A stretch of DNA of 64,000 nucleotides from Acidobacteriota bacterium (GTDB taxonomy: Bacteria; Acidobacteriota; Vicinamibacteria; Vicinamibacterales; Fen-181): NCBI GenBank assembly GCA_003170135.1, contig PMZR01000140.1, positions 4,382 through 68,381 of the forward strand, written 5' to 3'. Made by a program: the position numbers and the translations under genes. The notes beneath the pieces were generated by a model, which saw only the letters and a program-made list of their open reading frames with translations, was not told where the DNA came from and did not search any database. Below, in pieces: positions 42,415 to 53,455 of this stretch (the stretch's first letter is position 1; each line of letters opens with the position of its first letter).

Positions 42415-44232
42415 ATGAAGATCCGACGTACCGGATTCGCGAGCAGGATGACGGTGGCCTTGCTGGTGGGCTGGTTGGCGATCGCGGCTCGGGTTATGGC
42501 CGACACGTATCCCCGCCAACCCGGGATCAAGATCACGAACTACACCTTCGACATCACCGTGAACGACGCGAACAGCGAATTCGTCGTCCAGGACACGGTG
42601 GAGGTGCAGTTTCTCGCCGCGGGCATCACCAGCGTCGAGCTCGACCTGTGCAAGTTCAACGCCCAGGCACGCAGCCCTCAGATGGCCGCCGGGATTATCG
42701 ACCCCTGCGCGGAACCGTCGGGAGGCCGCGGTGGCAATACCGCCGCACCGTCCGGCGGCAAGGGCATGATGGTGACCGGCGTGACCTCCGGCGGGCAGCC
42801 CCTCGCGTTTCAACACGAGAACGATCGCGTACACGTCACCTTGCCGCGCGCCTTCCGGCCCGGCGACCGCTACGCGTTCACGATCAGCTACCACGGCGTT
42901 CCCGCCACTGGCATTCTGATCGCCGACAACAAGTACGGGGACCGGGAGTTCTTCTCCAACCCCTGGCCCCACAAGGCTCGCAACTACCTGGCGGTGGTCG
43001 ACCACCCGTCCATGAAATCGCCCGTGGTGACGATGGTGACGGCGCCGCGCCATTACCAGGTGATCTCAAACGGGAGCCTGGTGGAGCAGACCGATCTGCC
43101 CGGCGATTTGCGGCGCACCGTCTGGAAGGAGGCCAGCCCCGTCTGCCCGTGCCTGATGGCGATGGGGGTGGCCCCGTTTGCCGTGGATCACTTCGGGGAG
43201 TATCGCGGCATTCCGCTTTCGTCCTGGGTCTATCCGCAGGAGAAGGATGTCAGCTTCAGGAACTTCCGCGCCTTCACGCAGCCGATCCTGGAGTTCTTCA
43301 TCGATCGCATCGGTCCCTACTCGTACGAGAAGCTGGCCCAGGTGGAGGCCAACGGCATCGGCGGCGGCATGGAGCTGGCTTCGGCCATCTTCTACGGCTA
43401 CGGCGCGACGGGGCCCGGCCGCCAGCTGATCGCCCACGAGATGGCGCATCAATGGTTCGGCGATTCGGCGGCGGAACTGGACTGGGACGACGTGTGGCTG
43501 AGCGAGGGCTTCGCCACTTATTTCGCGTTGCTCTACCAGGAATTCCAGGACGGCCACGACGCCTTCCTGGACGGCGTCAAACGCAGCAAGGAGCAGGCGA
43601 TTCGCTACGCGCTGGCCAATCCCGGTTCGACGATCGTGCACGACAACCTGGCGGACCTCAGCAAGGTGATCGCCAACAACGCCCAGATCTATCAGGGCGG
43701 AGCGCAGGTACTGCACAACATTCGAGGCGTGATCGGCACCAGCACCTTCTGGGACGGCATCCGCCTGTACTACAGCCGCTTCCAGAACGGCAACGCCACG
43801 ACCGACGACCTGCGGCATGCCTTCGAAGAGGCGTGCGCGAAGGCGGGTGACCGCTGTCCGGCCGAGGGCAGGGATCTCGCGTGGCTCTTCCACGAACTGC
43901 TGAACCGGGGCGGCGTCCTGCAGGTGAAGGGACGCTGGCATTACGACGCCGCAGCCAGACAGCTGCAGGTGACGCTCGATCAAACCCAGACCACCGGCCT
44001 CTATCGGATGCCCGTTGAAGTGAGCATCACGGTGATGGAGACGCCGCAACCGGCCGGTCGCGCCGGGGCCGGTGGCGCACCGCCGCCGCCGCTGCCGGTG
44101 CAGCACATCCACGTCATGCAGCTCACCGAGCAGCACCAGGTGTTCACGTTTCCGATCGACAGCGAGCCGGTGAGCGTGACGCTCGATCCCCAGGCGTGGG
44201 TCATGATGCAGGCCACGCTGGACAGAAATTAG
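42415..44232 (+). CDS. M1 family aminopeptidase, exported
   Basis: [10 protein letters not shown]...WLSEGFATY (HExxH-x18-E), with a GGMEL (GxMEN-like) motif upstream. Signal peptide. Confidence 0.88.
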   Translation: MKIRRTGFASRMTVALLVGWLAIAARVMADTYPRQPGIKITNYTFDITVNDANSEFVVQDTVEVQFLAAGITSVELDLCKFNAQARSPQMAAGIIDPCAEPSGGRGGNTAAPSGGKGMMVTGVTSGGQPLAFQHENDRVHVTLPRAFRPGDRYAFTISYHGVPATGILIADNKYGDREFFSNPWPHKARNYLAVVDHPSMKSPVVTMVTAPRHYQVISNGSLVEQTDLPGDLRRTVWKEASPVCPCLMAMGVAPFAVDHFGEYRGIPLSSWVYPQEKDVSFRNFRAFTQPILEFFIDRIGPYSYEKLAQVEANGIGGGMELASAIFYGYGATGPGRQLIAHEMAHQWFGDSAAELDWDDVWLSEGFATYFALLYQEFQDGHDAFLDGVKRSKEQAIRYALANPGSTIVHDNLADLSKVIANNAQIYQGGAQVLHNIRGVIGTSTFWDGIRLYYSRFQNGNATTDDLRHAFEEACAKAGDRCPAEGRDLAWLFHELLNRGGVLQVKGRWHYDAAARQLQVTLDQTQTTGLYRMPVEVSITVMETPQPAGRAGAGGAPPPPLPVQHIHVMQLTEQHQVFTFPIDSEPVSVTLDPQAWVMMQATLDRN

Positions 44233-44359
44233 CGAACCGGCCGGAATCGCCTCCCTGCGGCCCGTCGTGCCGCTCGACTCAATTGGGGACGCGGGTACGA
44301 CTTGCTGGTACCCTTTCTTCTGGCGTACCCTAGACTGTTCTGCATTCCTTGTATCCAGC

Positions 44360-46105
44360 ATGAAAACGACCGCATCTGAACCTCTGCACCCCGACGGGCC
44401 CGGCCCGGTGCCGGACACCGCGCCGCCGCTCGACTTCATCCGCGAAATCGTCGCCGAGGACGTCGGCAGCGGCAAGCACGGCGGCCGCGTCGCCACGCGC
44501 TTCCCGCCCGAGCCGAACGGCTACCTGCACATCGGGCATGCGAAGTCGATCTGCCTGAATTTCGGCGTCGCGCAGGAGTTCGGCGGCACCTGCAACCTGC
44601 GCTTCGACGACACCAACCCGGCCAAGGAAGACGTCGAGTACGTCGATTCCATCATCGACAGTGTCCGCTGGCTCGGCTTCGACTGGGGCGATCGCCTCTT
44701 CCACGCCTCCGATTACTTCGACACGATCTACGAGTACACCGTCCAGCTGATCACGGACGGCAAGGCATACGTCGACGACCAGTCGGCCGACCAGATCCGC
44801 GAACACCGCGGCACGCTGACCGAGCCCGGGCGCGAGAGCCCGTGGCGCAACCGTCCGGTCGAGGAGAACCTCGACCTGTTCGCGCGGATGAAGGCGGGTG
44901 AGTTCGCGGACGGCGAAAAGGTGCTGCGGGCGAAGATCGACATGGCGTCGCCGAACTTCAACCTGCGCGACCCGGTCCTTTATCGCATCCGTCATGCGAC
45001 GCACCACCGTACGGGCGACACGTGGTGCATTTACCCGATGTACGACAACACCCACGCGATCTCCGACGCGCTCGAGGGGATCACCCACTCGCTCTGCACG
45101 CTCGAGTTCGAGGATCACCGCCCCCTCTACGACTGGGTCATCGAGAATTGCCCGGTGCCGAGTCGGCCGCGCCAGATCGAGTTCGCGCGGCTGAACCTCA
45201 CCTACACCGTGATGAGCAAGCGCAAGCTGCTCGAACTGGTGCAGCGCGGCGACGTCTCGGGGTGGGACGACCCGCGCATGCCGACGCTCGTGGGGCTGCG
45301 GCGTCGCGGCTTCACCCCCGAGTCGATCCGGACCTTCGCGGCGCGGATCGGCGTGGCCAAGCGCGAGAACCTGGTGGACGTGGCGCTGCTCGAAGACGCG
45401 GTGCGGGAGGATCTGAACCGGCGGGCGCCGCGCGTCCTCGCCGTCCTGCGTCCGCTGCGCGTCGTGATCGAGAACTACCCGGAAGGGCAGGTGGAACAGG
45501 TCGAGCTCGCGAACAACCCGGAGGACCCCTCGTCCGGGACGCGGAAGGTCCCGTTCTCGCGCGTCCTCTACATCGAGCAGGACGATTTCCGCGAGCAGCC
45601 GCCACCGAAGTTCCACCGCCTCGCGCCCGGGCGCGAAGTGCGGCTGCGCGGCACCTACTTCATCACGTGCACGGGCGCCGTGAAGGATGCCGCGGGTTGC
45701 ATCACCGAGCTGCGGTGCACCTACGATCCCGCCACGCGGGCGGGCTCCGCGCCAGATGGCCGCAAGGTGAAGGGGACGATTCACTGGGTGGCGGCCGACC
45801 ACGCGCTCGACGCGGAAGTGCGCCTCTACGATCGGCTGTTCACGGTGCCGAACCCGGCCGACGACAAGAGCGGCCGCGATTACAAGGAGTTCCTCAACCC
45901 GGCTTCGCTGGACGTGCTCTCCGGCTGTCGTGTCGAACCGAGCCTGGCGGCGGCCGCCGCCGGCGATCGTGTCCAGTTCGAGCGGCTCGGCTACTTCGCG
46001 GTCGATCCCGATTCGTCCGCCGACCGGCTTGTGTTCAATCGGACCGTCACGTTGCGCGACACGTGGGCCCGGATTGAAGAGGCGCAGAAGAAAGAGAAAC
46101 GATAG
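44360..46105 (+). CDS. glnS: glutamine--tRNA ligase
   Basis: [16 protein letters not shown] (HIGH) and VMSKRKL (KMSKS). Overall GlnRS pattern NLRFDDTNP and YDW. Confidence 0.93.
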   Translation: MKTTASEPLHPDGPGPVPDTAPPLDFIREIVAEDVGSGKHGGRVATRFPPEPNGYLHIGHAKSICLNFGVAQEFGGTCNLRFDDTNPAKEDVEYVDSIIDSVRWLGFDWGDRLFHASDYFDTIYEYTVQLITDGKAYVDDQSADQIREHRGTLTEPGRESPWRNRPVEENLDLFARMKAGEFADGEKVLRAKIDMASPNFNLRDPVLYRIRHATHHRTGDTWCIYPMYDNTHAISDALEGITHSLCTLEFEDHRPLYDWVIENCPVPSRPRQIEFARLNLTYTVMSKRKLLELVQRGDVSGWDDPRMPTLVGLRRRGFTPESIRTFAARIGVAKRENLVDVALLEDAVREDLNRRAPRVLAVLRPLRVVIENYPEGQVEQVELANNPEDPSSGTRKVPFSRVLYIEQDDFREQPPPKFHRLAPGREVRLRGTYFITCTGAVKDAAGCITELRCTYDPATRAGSAPDGRKVKGTIHWVAADHALDAEVRLYDRLFTVPNPADDKSGRDYKEFLNPASLDVLSGCRVEPSLAAAAAGDRVQFERLGYFAVDPDSSADRLVFNRTVTLRDTWARIEEAQKKEKR

Positions 46106-46131
46106 TCCGGAGTCCGCAGTCCGCAGTCCGA
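46104..46131 (+). repeat. heptamer tandem array AGTCCGN (4 units) overlapping the glnS stop
   Basis: agtccgg agtccgc agtccgc agtccga. The TAG stop is at 46103-46105. Confidence 0.9.
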
Positions 46132-46280
46132 GGCTACCCGCCGCTGGTCAGGCGAGGTTTCAGCCTGGCCAGGTTGGTAGAGCGAGGCTTCCCGCCTCCG
46201 CGCGCAGCCATCACGCCGGCGCGTTACGGCGAGGACACGCCGGAGCACGGCGAAGGCGGGCACCCTTGTCAGACCGGCGC

Positions 46281-46315
46281 GTCGGGCATCGGGCATCGGA
46301 CATCGGACGACAGCG
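46281..46315 (+). repeat. heptamer tandem array (G/A)TCGGGC / ATCGGAC (5 units)
   Basis: gtcgggc atcgggc atcgggc atcggac atcggac. Ends 10 nt before the lpxD ATG. Confidence 0.9.
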
Positions 46316-46325
46316 AGAGCGACCT

Positions 46326-47324
46326 ATGCCACTGTCCATCGAGGCGTTGGCGCGAATTGCCGGGGCCCGCGTCGTGAGTGGCGACCTCACGCGGTCGATC
46401 TCCGGAGTCGCGGAGATCGCGTCGGCCACCGACAGCGACCTCGTGTTCGTCGAGCGCGAGAAGGATCTGGCGGCCGCGCTCGCGTCGCGGGCCGGCGCAA
46501 TCATCGCCGGCGAATTCGCGGCGGCGTGCGGCACCAGCAAGACCGTGCTCGTCTGCGCGCAGCCCAAGCTCGGCTTCGTCCGCGCTGCCGCGTGCATCTG
46601 TCCCACGCCCCGACGGGCGCCTGGCGTGCATCCAACGTCCACGGTCCACGCGTCCGCGATGCTCGGGCCGGAGGTGGCGATTGGCGAACGCGTCAGCATC
46701 GAGGCCGGCGCGCGGGTCGGCGCCCGCACGCAGGTCGGCCCCGGCGCCGTCATCGGCCACGATGCCCACGTCGGCGCCGACTGCGACATCAAGGCGAACG
46801 TTGTCATCTACCCGGGCACGAAGATCGGCGATCGCGTCATCGTGCACGCGGGCGCGGTGCTCGGCAGCGACGGCTTCGGGTTCGTGCGCGACGAGACGAC
46901 GGGACGGTACGAGAAGTTCCCGCAGGTGGGGTGGCTGGAGATCGGCGCGGACGTCGAGATTGGGGCCAACGTCACCATCGATCGCGGCGCGCTCGGCGCG
47001 ACCATCGTGGAGGACGGCACCAAGTTCGACAATCTCGTGCACATCGGCCACAACGTGCACGTCGGCCGGAACGTCGTGATGGCCGCCCAGGCCGGCATTG
47101 CCGGGAGCAGCGTCATCGAGGACAACGTGATGATGGGCGGGCAGGTGGGCATCGGCGATCACGCGCGTGTCGGCGAGGGCGCGATTCTCGGCGGGCAGAG
47201 CGGCGTGTTGTCGGGCAAGGTGCTGCGCGGCAAGCGTGTCGTGTTCTGGGGAACGCCGGCGCGGCCGCTGCGGGAGTACCTGAAGGAACTCGCCGCCCTG
47301 GCCCGCCTGACGAAGAAGTCCTGA
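46326..47324 (+). CDS. lpxD: UDP-3-O-acylglucosamine N-acyltransferase
   Basis: Hexapeptide-repeat left-handed beta-helix core, with the FGF....G...K.PQ.G and IGHN motifs of LpxD. 332 aa. Confidence 0.88.
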   Translation: MPLSIEALARIAGARVVSGDLTRSISGVAEIASATDSDLVFVEREKDLAAALASRAGAIIAGEFAAACGTSKTVLVCAQPKLGFVRAAACICPTPRRAPGVHPTSTVHASAMLGPEVAIGERVSIEAGARVGARTQVGPGAVIGHDAHVGADCDIKANVVIYPGTKIGDRVIVHAGAVLGSDGFGFVRDETTGRYEKFPQVGWLEIGADVEIGANVTIDRGALGATIVEDGTKFDNLVHIGHNVHVGRNVVMAAQAGIAGSSVIEDNVMMGGQVGIGDHARVGEGAILGGQSGVLSGKVLRGKRVVFWGTPARPLREYLKELAALARLTKKS

Positions 47325-47335
47325 ATCCCGCCTCG

Positions 47336-47358
47336 GAAATGGGGTCAGACCCCATTTC
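47336..47358. repeat. perfect palindrome GAAATGGGGTC-A-GACCCCATTTC (REP-like, type 3)
   Basis: Read directly, 12 nt after the lpxD stop. A second partial copy lies at 47421-47439. Confidence 0.9.
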
Positions 47359-47420
47359 GGGTTCTGGATCTCGCCAAGGTCTTCCATTCCAAGCGTTTGC
47401 GTCAACGGAGGGCATGATCT

Positions 47421-47439
47421 TGGGGTCAGACCCCATTTC
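47421..47439. repeat. second copy of the GGGGTCAGACCCCATTTC element
   Basis: tggggtcagaccccatttc, read directly. Confidence 0.85.
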
Positions 47440-47551
47440 GGCGGAGAAGTTCGGGCTAAGTTGTCTGTTTTCAGGCTTTTCCGTCGTGGGAGCGTGCGAA
47501 CTGAGTCGGTCTGAATTTCGAAATTGTAATCGTCTTTTTCCGGAAGCCTCT

Positions 47552-47581
47552 TTGAGAGTGGTTATATCTATGTGATATCAT
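47552..47581 (+). promoter_or_regulatory. possible sigma70-type promoter for the SPFH gene
   Basis: TTGAGA (47552-57), an 18-nt spacer, then TATCAT (47576-81), in the only AT-rich stretch upstream. GGAGG RBS at 47600. Pattern match only. Confidence 0.3.
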
Positions 47582-47613
47582 TGTGCCATCACTGCCCCCG
47601 GAGGTGATGGTCG

Positions 47614-48513
47614 ATGATTCGCGAAACCGAACGCTCCACCGTTCCTGGGCTCCTGATGCTCGTCATCGTCGTGGTGCTGTTCGTCGCCAGCGTGCTGGGC
47701 ATCATTTTCGCCTCGACGGCGCTCGACACCCGCGACGAGCCTGCGTCCGCCGGCGCGATCGCTCTCCTGATTGCCTCCATCGCGGTCTGCGTCGCCGACG
47801 CGATCAGCCTGGGTGGATTCTTCATGGTGAATCCGAACGGGGCCAAGGTGCTGCAGCTGTTCGGCACCTACAAGGGCACGGTCAAAGCCGCGGGCCTGCA
47901 CTGGACGAACCCGTTCTACAGCCGCAAGGCCATCTCGCTGCGCGTGCGCAACTTCGAGAGCCAGCACTTGAAGGTCAACGACAAGGACGGCAACCCGATC
48001 GAAATCGCCGCCGTCGTCGTCTGGCGCGTCGTCGATACCGCCGAAGCCCTGTTCGAGGTGGACAACTTCGAGAACTACGTCCACATCCAGAGCGAGGCCG
48101 CGGTGCGCAACCTTGCCACCAGCTATCCGTACGATTCGCACGACGAGCAGGTGATGTCGCTTCGCGGCCAGACGGCCGCCATTGCCGAACACATGAAGAC
48201 GGAGATCCAGGACCGGCTCGCGAAGGCGGGCGTGGAGGTCATCGAGGCGCGAATCAGCCACCTGGCCTATGCGCCGGAGATCGCGGGCGCCATGCTGCAG
48301 CGGCAGCAGGCGGGCGCGATCATCGCGGCGCGGCAGCGCATCGTGGAAGGCGCGGTCGGGATGGTGGAGATGGCGCTCGACCTGCTGTCGAGCAAGGAGA
48401 TCGTGCACCTGGACGAGGAGCGACGGGCGGCGATGGTCAGCAACCTGCTCGTGGTCCTGTGCGGCGAACGCGGCGCGCAGCCGGTGCTCAACACCGGCAC
48501 GCTGTATCAATAG
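47614..48513 (+). CDS. SPFH/Band 7 domain membrane protein
   Basis: Two N-terminal TM segments, then an SPFH core ([23 protein letters not shown]...AVRNLA...) and a C-terminal coiled region. Confidence 0.85.
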   Translation: MIRETERSTVPGLLMLVIVVVLFVASVLGIIFASTALDTRDEPASAGAIALLIASIAVCVADAISLGGFFMVNPNGAKVLQLFGTYKGTVKAAGLHWTNPFYSRKAISLRVRNFESQHLKVNDKDGNPIEIAAVVVWRVVDTAEALFEVDNFENYVHIQSEAAVRNLATSYPYDSHDEQVMSLRGQTAAIAEHMKTEIQDRLAKAGVEVIEARISHLAYAPEIAGAMLQRQQAGAIIAARQRIVEGAVGMVEMALDLLSSKEIVHLDEERRAAMVSNLLVVLCGERGAQPVLNTGTLYQ

Positions 48514-48516
48514 GCC

Positions 48517-48717
48517 GTGGCGGAACGAAAAGCGTTTCTGCTGCGCGTGGATCCGGCCCTGTTCGAGGCGCTGCAGGCGTGGGCGAACGACGAACTGCGC
48601 AGCCTCAACGGCCAGATCGAATACCTGCTGCGCGAGGCCCTGCGGGAGGCCGGTCGACTGAAGAAAGACCGGCCCACCCCGCGAGTGCCGGCGGCCGACC
48701 GGGACGAAAAGGCCTAG
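48517..48717 (+). CDS. Arc/ribbon-helix-helix-type small DNA-binding protein
   Basis: 66 aa. The N-terminal beta-strand-like FLLRVDPALFEALQAWANDELRSLNGQIEYLLREAL fits an RHH fold. GTG start 3 nt after the SPFH stop. Confidence 0.6.
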   Translation: MAERKAFLLRVDPALFEALQAWANDELRSLNGQIEYLLREALREAGRLKKDRPTPRVPAADRDEKA

Positions 48718-50879
48718 GACTTCCCGACCACCCGCAGCATCGTCTCCCGCGCCGCGGGATGGTCGATGTCCAGGCGCGAACGCGCCTCGACGCGCAGCAT
48801 GTAGGACCCGGGCGGCACGCTCGCGAGCGGCACCTTCAACAAGTACCCGAATCCGCCATCCGCCCCCTGCAGCTCCCCGGTCGATCGCTTGTCCTCGTGC
48901 CGGTACCGTTCCTGCCCGTCTTCGCCGACGATGGTCGTGACGATGTCGATGTCGTGCGGGATGGCCAGCTTCGTGTCGTAGATCTCGGCGAGCACGCCCA
49001 TTTGATCGGTCTGGCCGAAATTGCGCATCACCGACGGCGACCCAGGCAGCATGGTCGTCAGGACCTTGTCCGGCCGCGGGTTCGCCAGCATCGTCTGCTC
49101 GGACGACACCACCAGGCCGCTCATCGACACCGGCGTCTTCGCGTAATCGGGCACCTCGACATCGCAGTGGACCGATCCCACGCGGTCGTTGCTGGTGTCG
49201 CGCGCGCCGACACGAAGCACGTAGCGGCCCGGCGGCAGCGACACGCGCGACTGGATCAGCAGCCCCGTCCGGTTCACGATGGCCTGCATGTCGCGCTTGA
49301 GCGGCATGGCCACTTCCAGGTGCTCGCCGCCGCGGGTCTTGCCCGTGTCGTCGATCGCCACGAACGACAGCTCCAGGTTGCCTTCCACCCGGTCGCTCTT
49401 CTCGACGAATTGCACCGCGCCCGGCGGCGTCTGCAGCATGACGAGCACCGACCCGTTCCCCGCCGCGCCGCGGAACGGCGTCGCCACCACGCTGATCGGC
49501 AGCTCGGCGGCGGGTAGCACCGACGCCAGCGCATCGCGCAGTTCAGGAGAGGTGCCCTCCTTGGTCTCGACCACGGCCGCTTCGGCCGCCTTGCCGGCCT
49601 TGGGCGCCTGGTAACCCTTGCGCGCCTGCACCTGCGTGCCGGCCCGTTTCACCCGCACCTCGATCTTCCGAAATTTGCCGTCGAGCTTATCGTTGCTGGG
49701 GTAGTAACCCAGGATGTAGTAGTGGCTGTTCTCGTTGCGGATGCGCTCGAAGGCGTTCTGCGCGGCCTTGAGCGACCCGGTCACCGCGAAGCCGCCGGTC
49801 TGGGCGGCCATCGTCCGCAGGTTGTCCTGCGCGGCCATCACGTCGTCCTGCAGCCTGGCGCTCTTGACGATTTCCTGCCCGTACTGGTCGAAGTCGCCAG
49901 GCATCGCCGAGGCGATGTCGATGAAGTCGTCGCCCCCCTGGGTGAAGACCGACGGATCGAGTGCGTAAAGCGTGACGTCGCCGCGGTTGGCGGCCACCAC
50001 GAAGTCGTTCAGCCGATCGCGCAGCTCGCGCCGCGGCACGCCGTTGTCCGCGAGATCACCGACCGGCCGCACGGCCTGGCCGTCTGCGGGCGTGGTGGTG
50101 GGGCCGCTCGTAATGTCCTGCTTGCCGAGGTCGTAGTCCACGCCCTCGCCCACCAGCACGATCGACTTGCGCCGGCTGTGGATGGTGCCGGCGTACGCCG
50201 CCAGGTAGGCCAGCGCGTCCAGCGTCGTGCGGGCATTGAAGATCCGCTGTTGCTCGTCGGCTTTGCCCGTGGCCATCCCCAGGACGGCATTGTCGTCGGC
50301 CAATCCGGGCGACATGATCTTGCGGCCGACGCACTTGTCCACCGCCTCGAACAGCAGGCGGCGGTTCCCCGTGAACTCCTGTGACGACTTGCGGTTGCCA
50401 GACGTCGTGATGACCGCCGCCAGGTCATTCGGCGCGACGTTGGTCTCGATGAACTGGCGGGCCAGCTTCCGCGCGCCCACCGAGCGCGCCGGGTTGATGT
50501 GCAGGTCGTCGAGCACGATCAGGTAGACGCGCCCCGGCGTCTGCGCGTTCGACACGACGTCGGGCTCGAACCGGCGCCCCGCCAGCACCGCGGGCGCCGG
50601 CTGCGTCTCCACCGGCACGTCGATGAGCTGCAGGTTGCTGATGTCCTGGCGCTTGCCGCCCTCGAGAACTTCGAACTCGTCCTTCTTCAAATCCGCGATG
50701 AACTGGCCGGCCTTGTCGCGGACGACCGCATCGACTTCGACGTACTCGACCTGCACGCGGAAGGTCGGCTGCGCCGGCTTCTGCTTCGACGCCGCCTGCC
50801 GGCCGTGGATCGGGGCGAGCGTCAACACGGCGAAGGACGTGACAAGAAAGACGAGCGCGCGAGTCGGCACAAACCTCAT
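48714..50879 (-). CDS. VWA domain protein (VWFA-related acidobacterial-type N-terminal domain)
   Basis: Signal peptide. FRVQVEYVEVDAVVRDKAGQFIADLKKDEFEVLEGGKRQ is the characteristic N-terminal module. A VWA core (LIVLDD...) follows. Confidence 0.8.
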   Translation of the reverse strand: MRFVPTRALVFLVTSFAVLTLAPIHGRQAASKQKPAQPTFRVQVEYVEVDAVVRDKAGQFIADLKKDEFEVLEGGKRQDISNLQLIDVPVETQPAPAVLAGRRFEPDVVSNAQTPGRVYLIVLDDLHINPARSVGARKLARQFIETNVAPNDLAAVITTSGNRKSSQEFTGNRRLLFEAVDKCVGRKIMSPGLADDNAVLGMATGKADEQQRIFNARTTLDALAYLAAYAGTIHSRRKSIVLVGEGVDYDLGKQDITSGPTTTPADGQAVRPVGDLADNGVPRRELRDRLNDFVVAANRGDVTLYALDPSVFTQGGDDFIDIASAMPGDFDQYGQEIVKSARLQDDVMAAQDNLRTMAAQTGGFAVTGSLKAAQNAFERIRNENSHYYILGYYPSNDKLDGKFRKIEVRVKRAGTQVQARKGYQAPKAGKAAEAAVVETKEGTSPELRDALASVLPAAELPISVVATPFRGAAGNGSVLVMLQTPPGAVQFVEKSDRVEGNLELSFVAIDDTGKTRGGEHLEVAMPLKRDMQAIVNRTGLLIQSRVSLPPGRYVLRVGARDTSNDRVGSVHCDVEVPDYAKTPVSMSGLVVSSEQTMLANPRPDKVLTTMLPGSPSVMRNFGQTDQMGVLAEIYDTKLAIPHDIDIVTTIVGEDGQERYRHEDKRSTGELQGADGGFGYLLKVPLASVPPGSYMLRVEARSRLDIDHPAARETMLRVVGKS

Positions 50880-51048
50880 GGCGTCTGCTCCGAACTTGAC
50901 AATCCGTTATGGCAGGGCTTGCGCAGCAGGCTGGTTGCCCGATTATAAGTCGATTCCCCGCGCACTGGTCCCCAGTATAATAGCAAGCCCCCGGTTCGCC
51001 GGGTTCCGATTCCGGGCGTCTCGCGAATTCCCGCACCAAGGAGGCTGC

Positions 51049-52155
51049 ATGCACATCGGCGTTCCGCGCGAGCGGCACGTGGACGAACACCGCGTCGGCC
51101 TGACGCCGGCCGGCGTCGAGCTGCTGACCGCCGCCGGGCATGTCTGCTCGGTGGAGAGCGACGCAGGCCGGGGCGCGGGCTTTTCCAGCGTCGACTACGA
51201 ACGGGCCGGCGGCCGCATCGTCTACTCGCCCGAAGAGGCGCACGGCCGAGCCGACCTCGTGTTCCGTGTCGGCCCGGTCACCGAGGACGAAGCCGCCTGG
51301 TTGCAGCCCGGCGCGATCATCGCAGGCTTCCTGCACCTGGCCGCGCGCGGACGGGCGGTCGTCGAGGCGCTCCTCGCGAAGCGCATCACCGCCATCGCGT
51401 ACGAGACCATCCAGCACGACGGCGCGCTGCCCGTGCTGACGCCGCTCAGCCAGGTGGCCGGCCGGATGGTGCCGCAGGTGGCCGCCCGGCTGCTCCAGAA
51501 CGATCACGGCGGCAAGGGGATCCTGCTCGGCGGCGTGCCCGGGGTGCCGCCGGCCGAAGTGGTCATCATCGGCGGCGGGACGCTCGGTGCCGCGGCGGCG
51601 CATTCGTTCCTCGGCATCGGCGCGACGGTGTACCTGCTGGACCGCGATCTCAGCCGCCTCCAGCACATCGACGAGGCGTGCGCCGGCGGCCGGCGGCCGA
51701 TCATGATGGTGTCGCACCCGTTCAACATCCGGAAGGCGGTGCGGTTCGCGGACGTGCTCGTCGGCGCCGTCCTCGTGCCCGGCACGCGGACGCCCATCGT
51801 GGTCACGCGCGAGATGGTGGCGTCGATGAAGCCGCGCTCCGTCATCCTCGACATCGCGATCGACCAGGGCGGGTGTGTCGAGACGAGCCGGCCCACCACG
51901 CATCGCGATCCGACGTTTGTCGAAGAAGGCATGATCCATTACTGCGTGCCGAACATGACCTCGGTCGTGGCCCGGACCGCGACGCACGCCTTCAACAACG
52001 CGATGTGGCCGTTCATGTGGGAGGTCGCGCGCGCCGGCCTGAACGATGCGCTCGCGAGCATGCCCGCCCTCAAGCAGGGCATCGCGACGCACGGAGGCCA
52101 CGTCGTGAACGCGGCGCTCGCCGCGCACCTGGGCGTGCACGAGGTGACGTTGTGA
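51049..52155 (+). CDS. ald: alanine dehydrogenase
   Basis: MHIGVPRE..HRVGLTPAGV, VIIGGGTLG Rossmann motif and DIAIDQGG. AAGGAGG RBS. Confidence 0.88.
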   Translation: MHIGVPRERHVDEHRVGLTPAGVELLTAAGHVCSVESDAGRGAGFSSVDYERAGGRIVYSPEEAHGRADLVFRVGPVTEDEAAWLQPGAIIAGFLHLAARGRAVVEALLAKRITAIAYETIQHDGALPVLTPLSQVAGRMVPQVAARLLQNDHGGKGILLGGVPGVPPAEVVIIGGGTLGAAAAHSFLGIGATVYLLDRDLSRLQHIDEACAGGRRPIMMVSHPFNIRKAVRFADVLVGAVLVPGTRTPIVVTREMVASMKPRSVILDIAIDQGGCVETSRPTTHRDPTFVEEGMIHYCVPNMTSVVARTATHAFNNAMWPFMWEVARAGLNDALASMPALKQGIATHGGHVVNAALAAHLGVHEVTL

Positions 52156-52160
52156 GCTGG

Positions 52161-53453
52161 ATGGACGAGTACCGGCGCAAGGTCGTCGGCGCCGACGAAG
52201 CCGTGTCGCACATCGAGTCGGGCCAGCGGCTGTTCTTCACCGGGAACTGCTCCATGCCGGCGCAGACGCTGGCGGCCCTGGTGAAGCGTGCCGCCACGCT
52301 GACCAACGTCGAGATCGTGCACGTCCTGACGATCGGGACCGACAGCTACGTCGCGCCCGAGATGGACGGGCACCTGCGCGTCAACACGCTGTTCATCAGC
52401 GACAACGTCCGCCGGGCGGTCAACGAGGGCCGGGCCGATTTCACGCCCGTCTTCCTGTCGGAGATCCCGGCGCTGTTCAAGAACGGGCAGCTGCCGCTCG
52501 ACGTGGCCGTCATTCACGTCACCCCGCCCGACGAGCACGGCTTCTGCTCGTTCGGCGTCGAGGTGAGCGTGACGAAGCCGGCGGCGCAGGCGGCGCGCCT
52601 GGTCATCGCGGAAGTGAACGCGCAGATGCCGCGCACGCTCGGCGACTCGTTCATCCACGTGTCGAAGCTCGACTACATCGTCCCGGTCGATTACCCGCTC
52701 ACCGAGATGCGGATGGGCGAGCCGGCGGGGCTGGCCCAGTGCATCGCCACCCACATCGCGCGGCTGATCCCCGACGGCGCCACGCTGCAGACCGGCATCG
52801 GCGCGATCCCCGACGCGGTCCTGCACCAGCTTGGCACGCACCAGCACCTGGGCATTCATACGGAGCTCTTTTCCGACGGCGTGATCGACCTGGTGGAGAA
52901 GGGCGTCATCGACGGCGAGCGCAAGTCGCTGCACCCGGGCAAGGTGATCTCCAGCTTCATGATCGGCACCAAGCGTCTCTACGATTTCGTGCACGACAAT
53001 CCGATCATCGAGATGCACCCGAGCGAATACACCAACGACCCGTTCATCGTCGCGCAGAACGACCGGATGGTGGCCATCAACTCCGCCATCGAGGTGGATC
53101 TGACCGGCCAGGTGTGCTCCGACAGCATCGGGACGCGGTTCTACAGCGGCGTGGGCGGGCAGGTGGATTTCATCTACGGGGCGTCGCGCAGCAAGGGAGG
53201 CGTGCCGATCATCGCGTTGCCGGCGACGGCGACGGTCAAGGGAGAGACGATCAGCAAGATCGTGCCGACGCTGAAGGTCGGGGCGGGCGTCGTGACGACG
53301 CGCAACCACGTGCACTACGTGGTGACCGAGCACGGCGCGGCCGACCTGTACGCGAAGACCATTCGCCAGCGCGCCCGCGCGCTCATCGACATCGCCGCGC
53401 CCGAGTTCCGCGCGGAACTCGAGGAGCAGGCGATCAGACTCAGGTATCTCTAG
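52161..53453 (+). CDS. acetyl-CoA hydrolase/transferase family protein (4-hydroxybutyrate CoA-transferase-like)
   Basis: LQTGIGAIPDAV, HTELFSDG and GSGGQVDF-like (YSGVGGQVDF) motifs. The start could be GTG 52152, overlapping the ald stop, or ATG 52161. Confidence 0.85.
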   Translation: MDEYRRKVVGADEAVSHIESGQRLFFTGNCSMPAQTLAALVKRAATLTNVEIVHVLTIGTDSYVAPEMDGHLRVNTLFISDNVRRAVNEGRADFTPVFLSEIPALFKNGQLPLDVAVIHVTPPDEHGFCSFGVEVSVTKPAAQAARLVIAEVNAQMPRTLGDSFIHVSKLDYIVPVDYPLTEMRMGEPAGLAQCIATHIARLIPDGATLQTGIGAIPDAVLHQLGTHQHLGIHTELFSDGVIDLVEKGVIDGERKSLHPGKVISSFMIGTKRLYDFVHDNPIIEMHPSEYTNDPFIVAQNDRMVAINSAIEVDLTGQVCSDSIGTRFYSGVGGQVDFIYGASRSKGGVPIIALPATATVKGETISKIVPTLKVGAGVVTTRNHVHYVVTEHGAADLYAKTIRQRARALIDIAAPEFRAELEEQAIRLRYL

Positions 53454-53455
53454 AT

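Noticed and set aside
50896-50981. TTGACA at 50896-50901 and TATAAT at 50976-50981 upstream of ald, considered as a promoter.
   Set aside because: The two hexamers are about 75 nt apart, and neither has a convincing partner at 16-19 nt spacing. I therefore could not support a promoter call.
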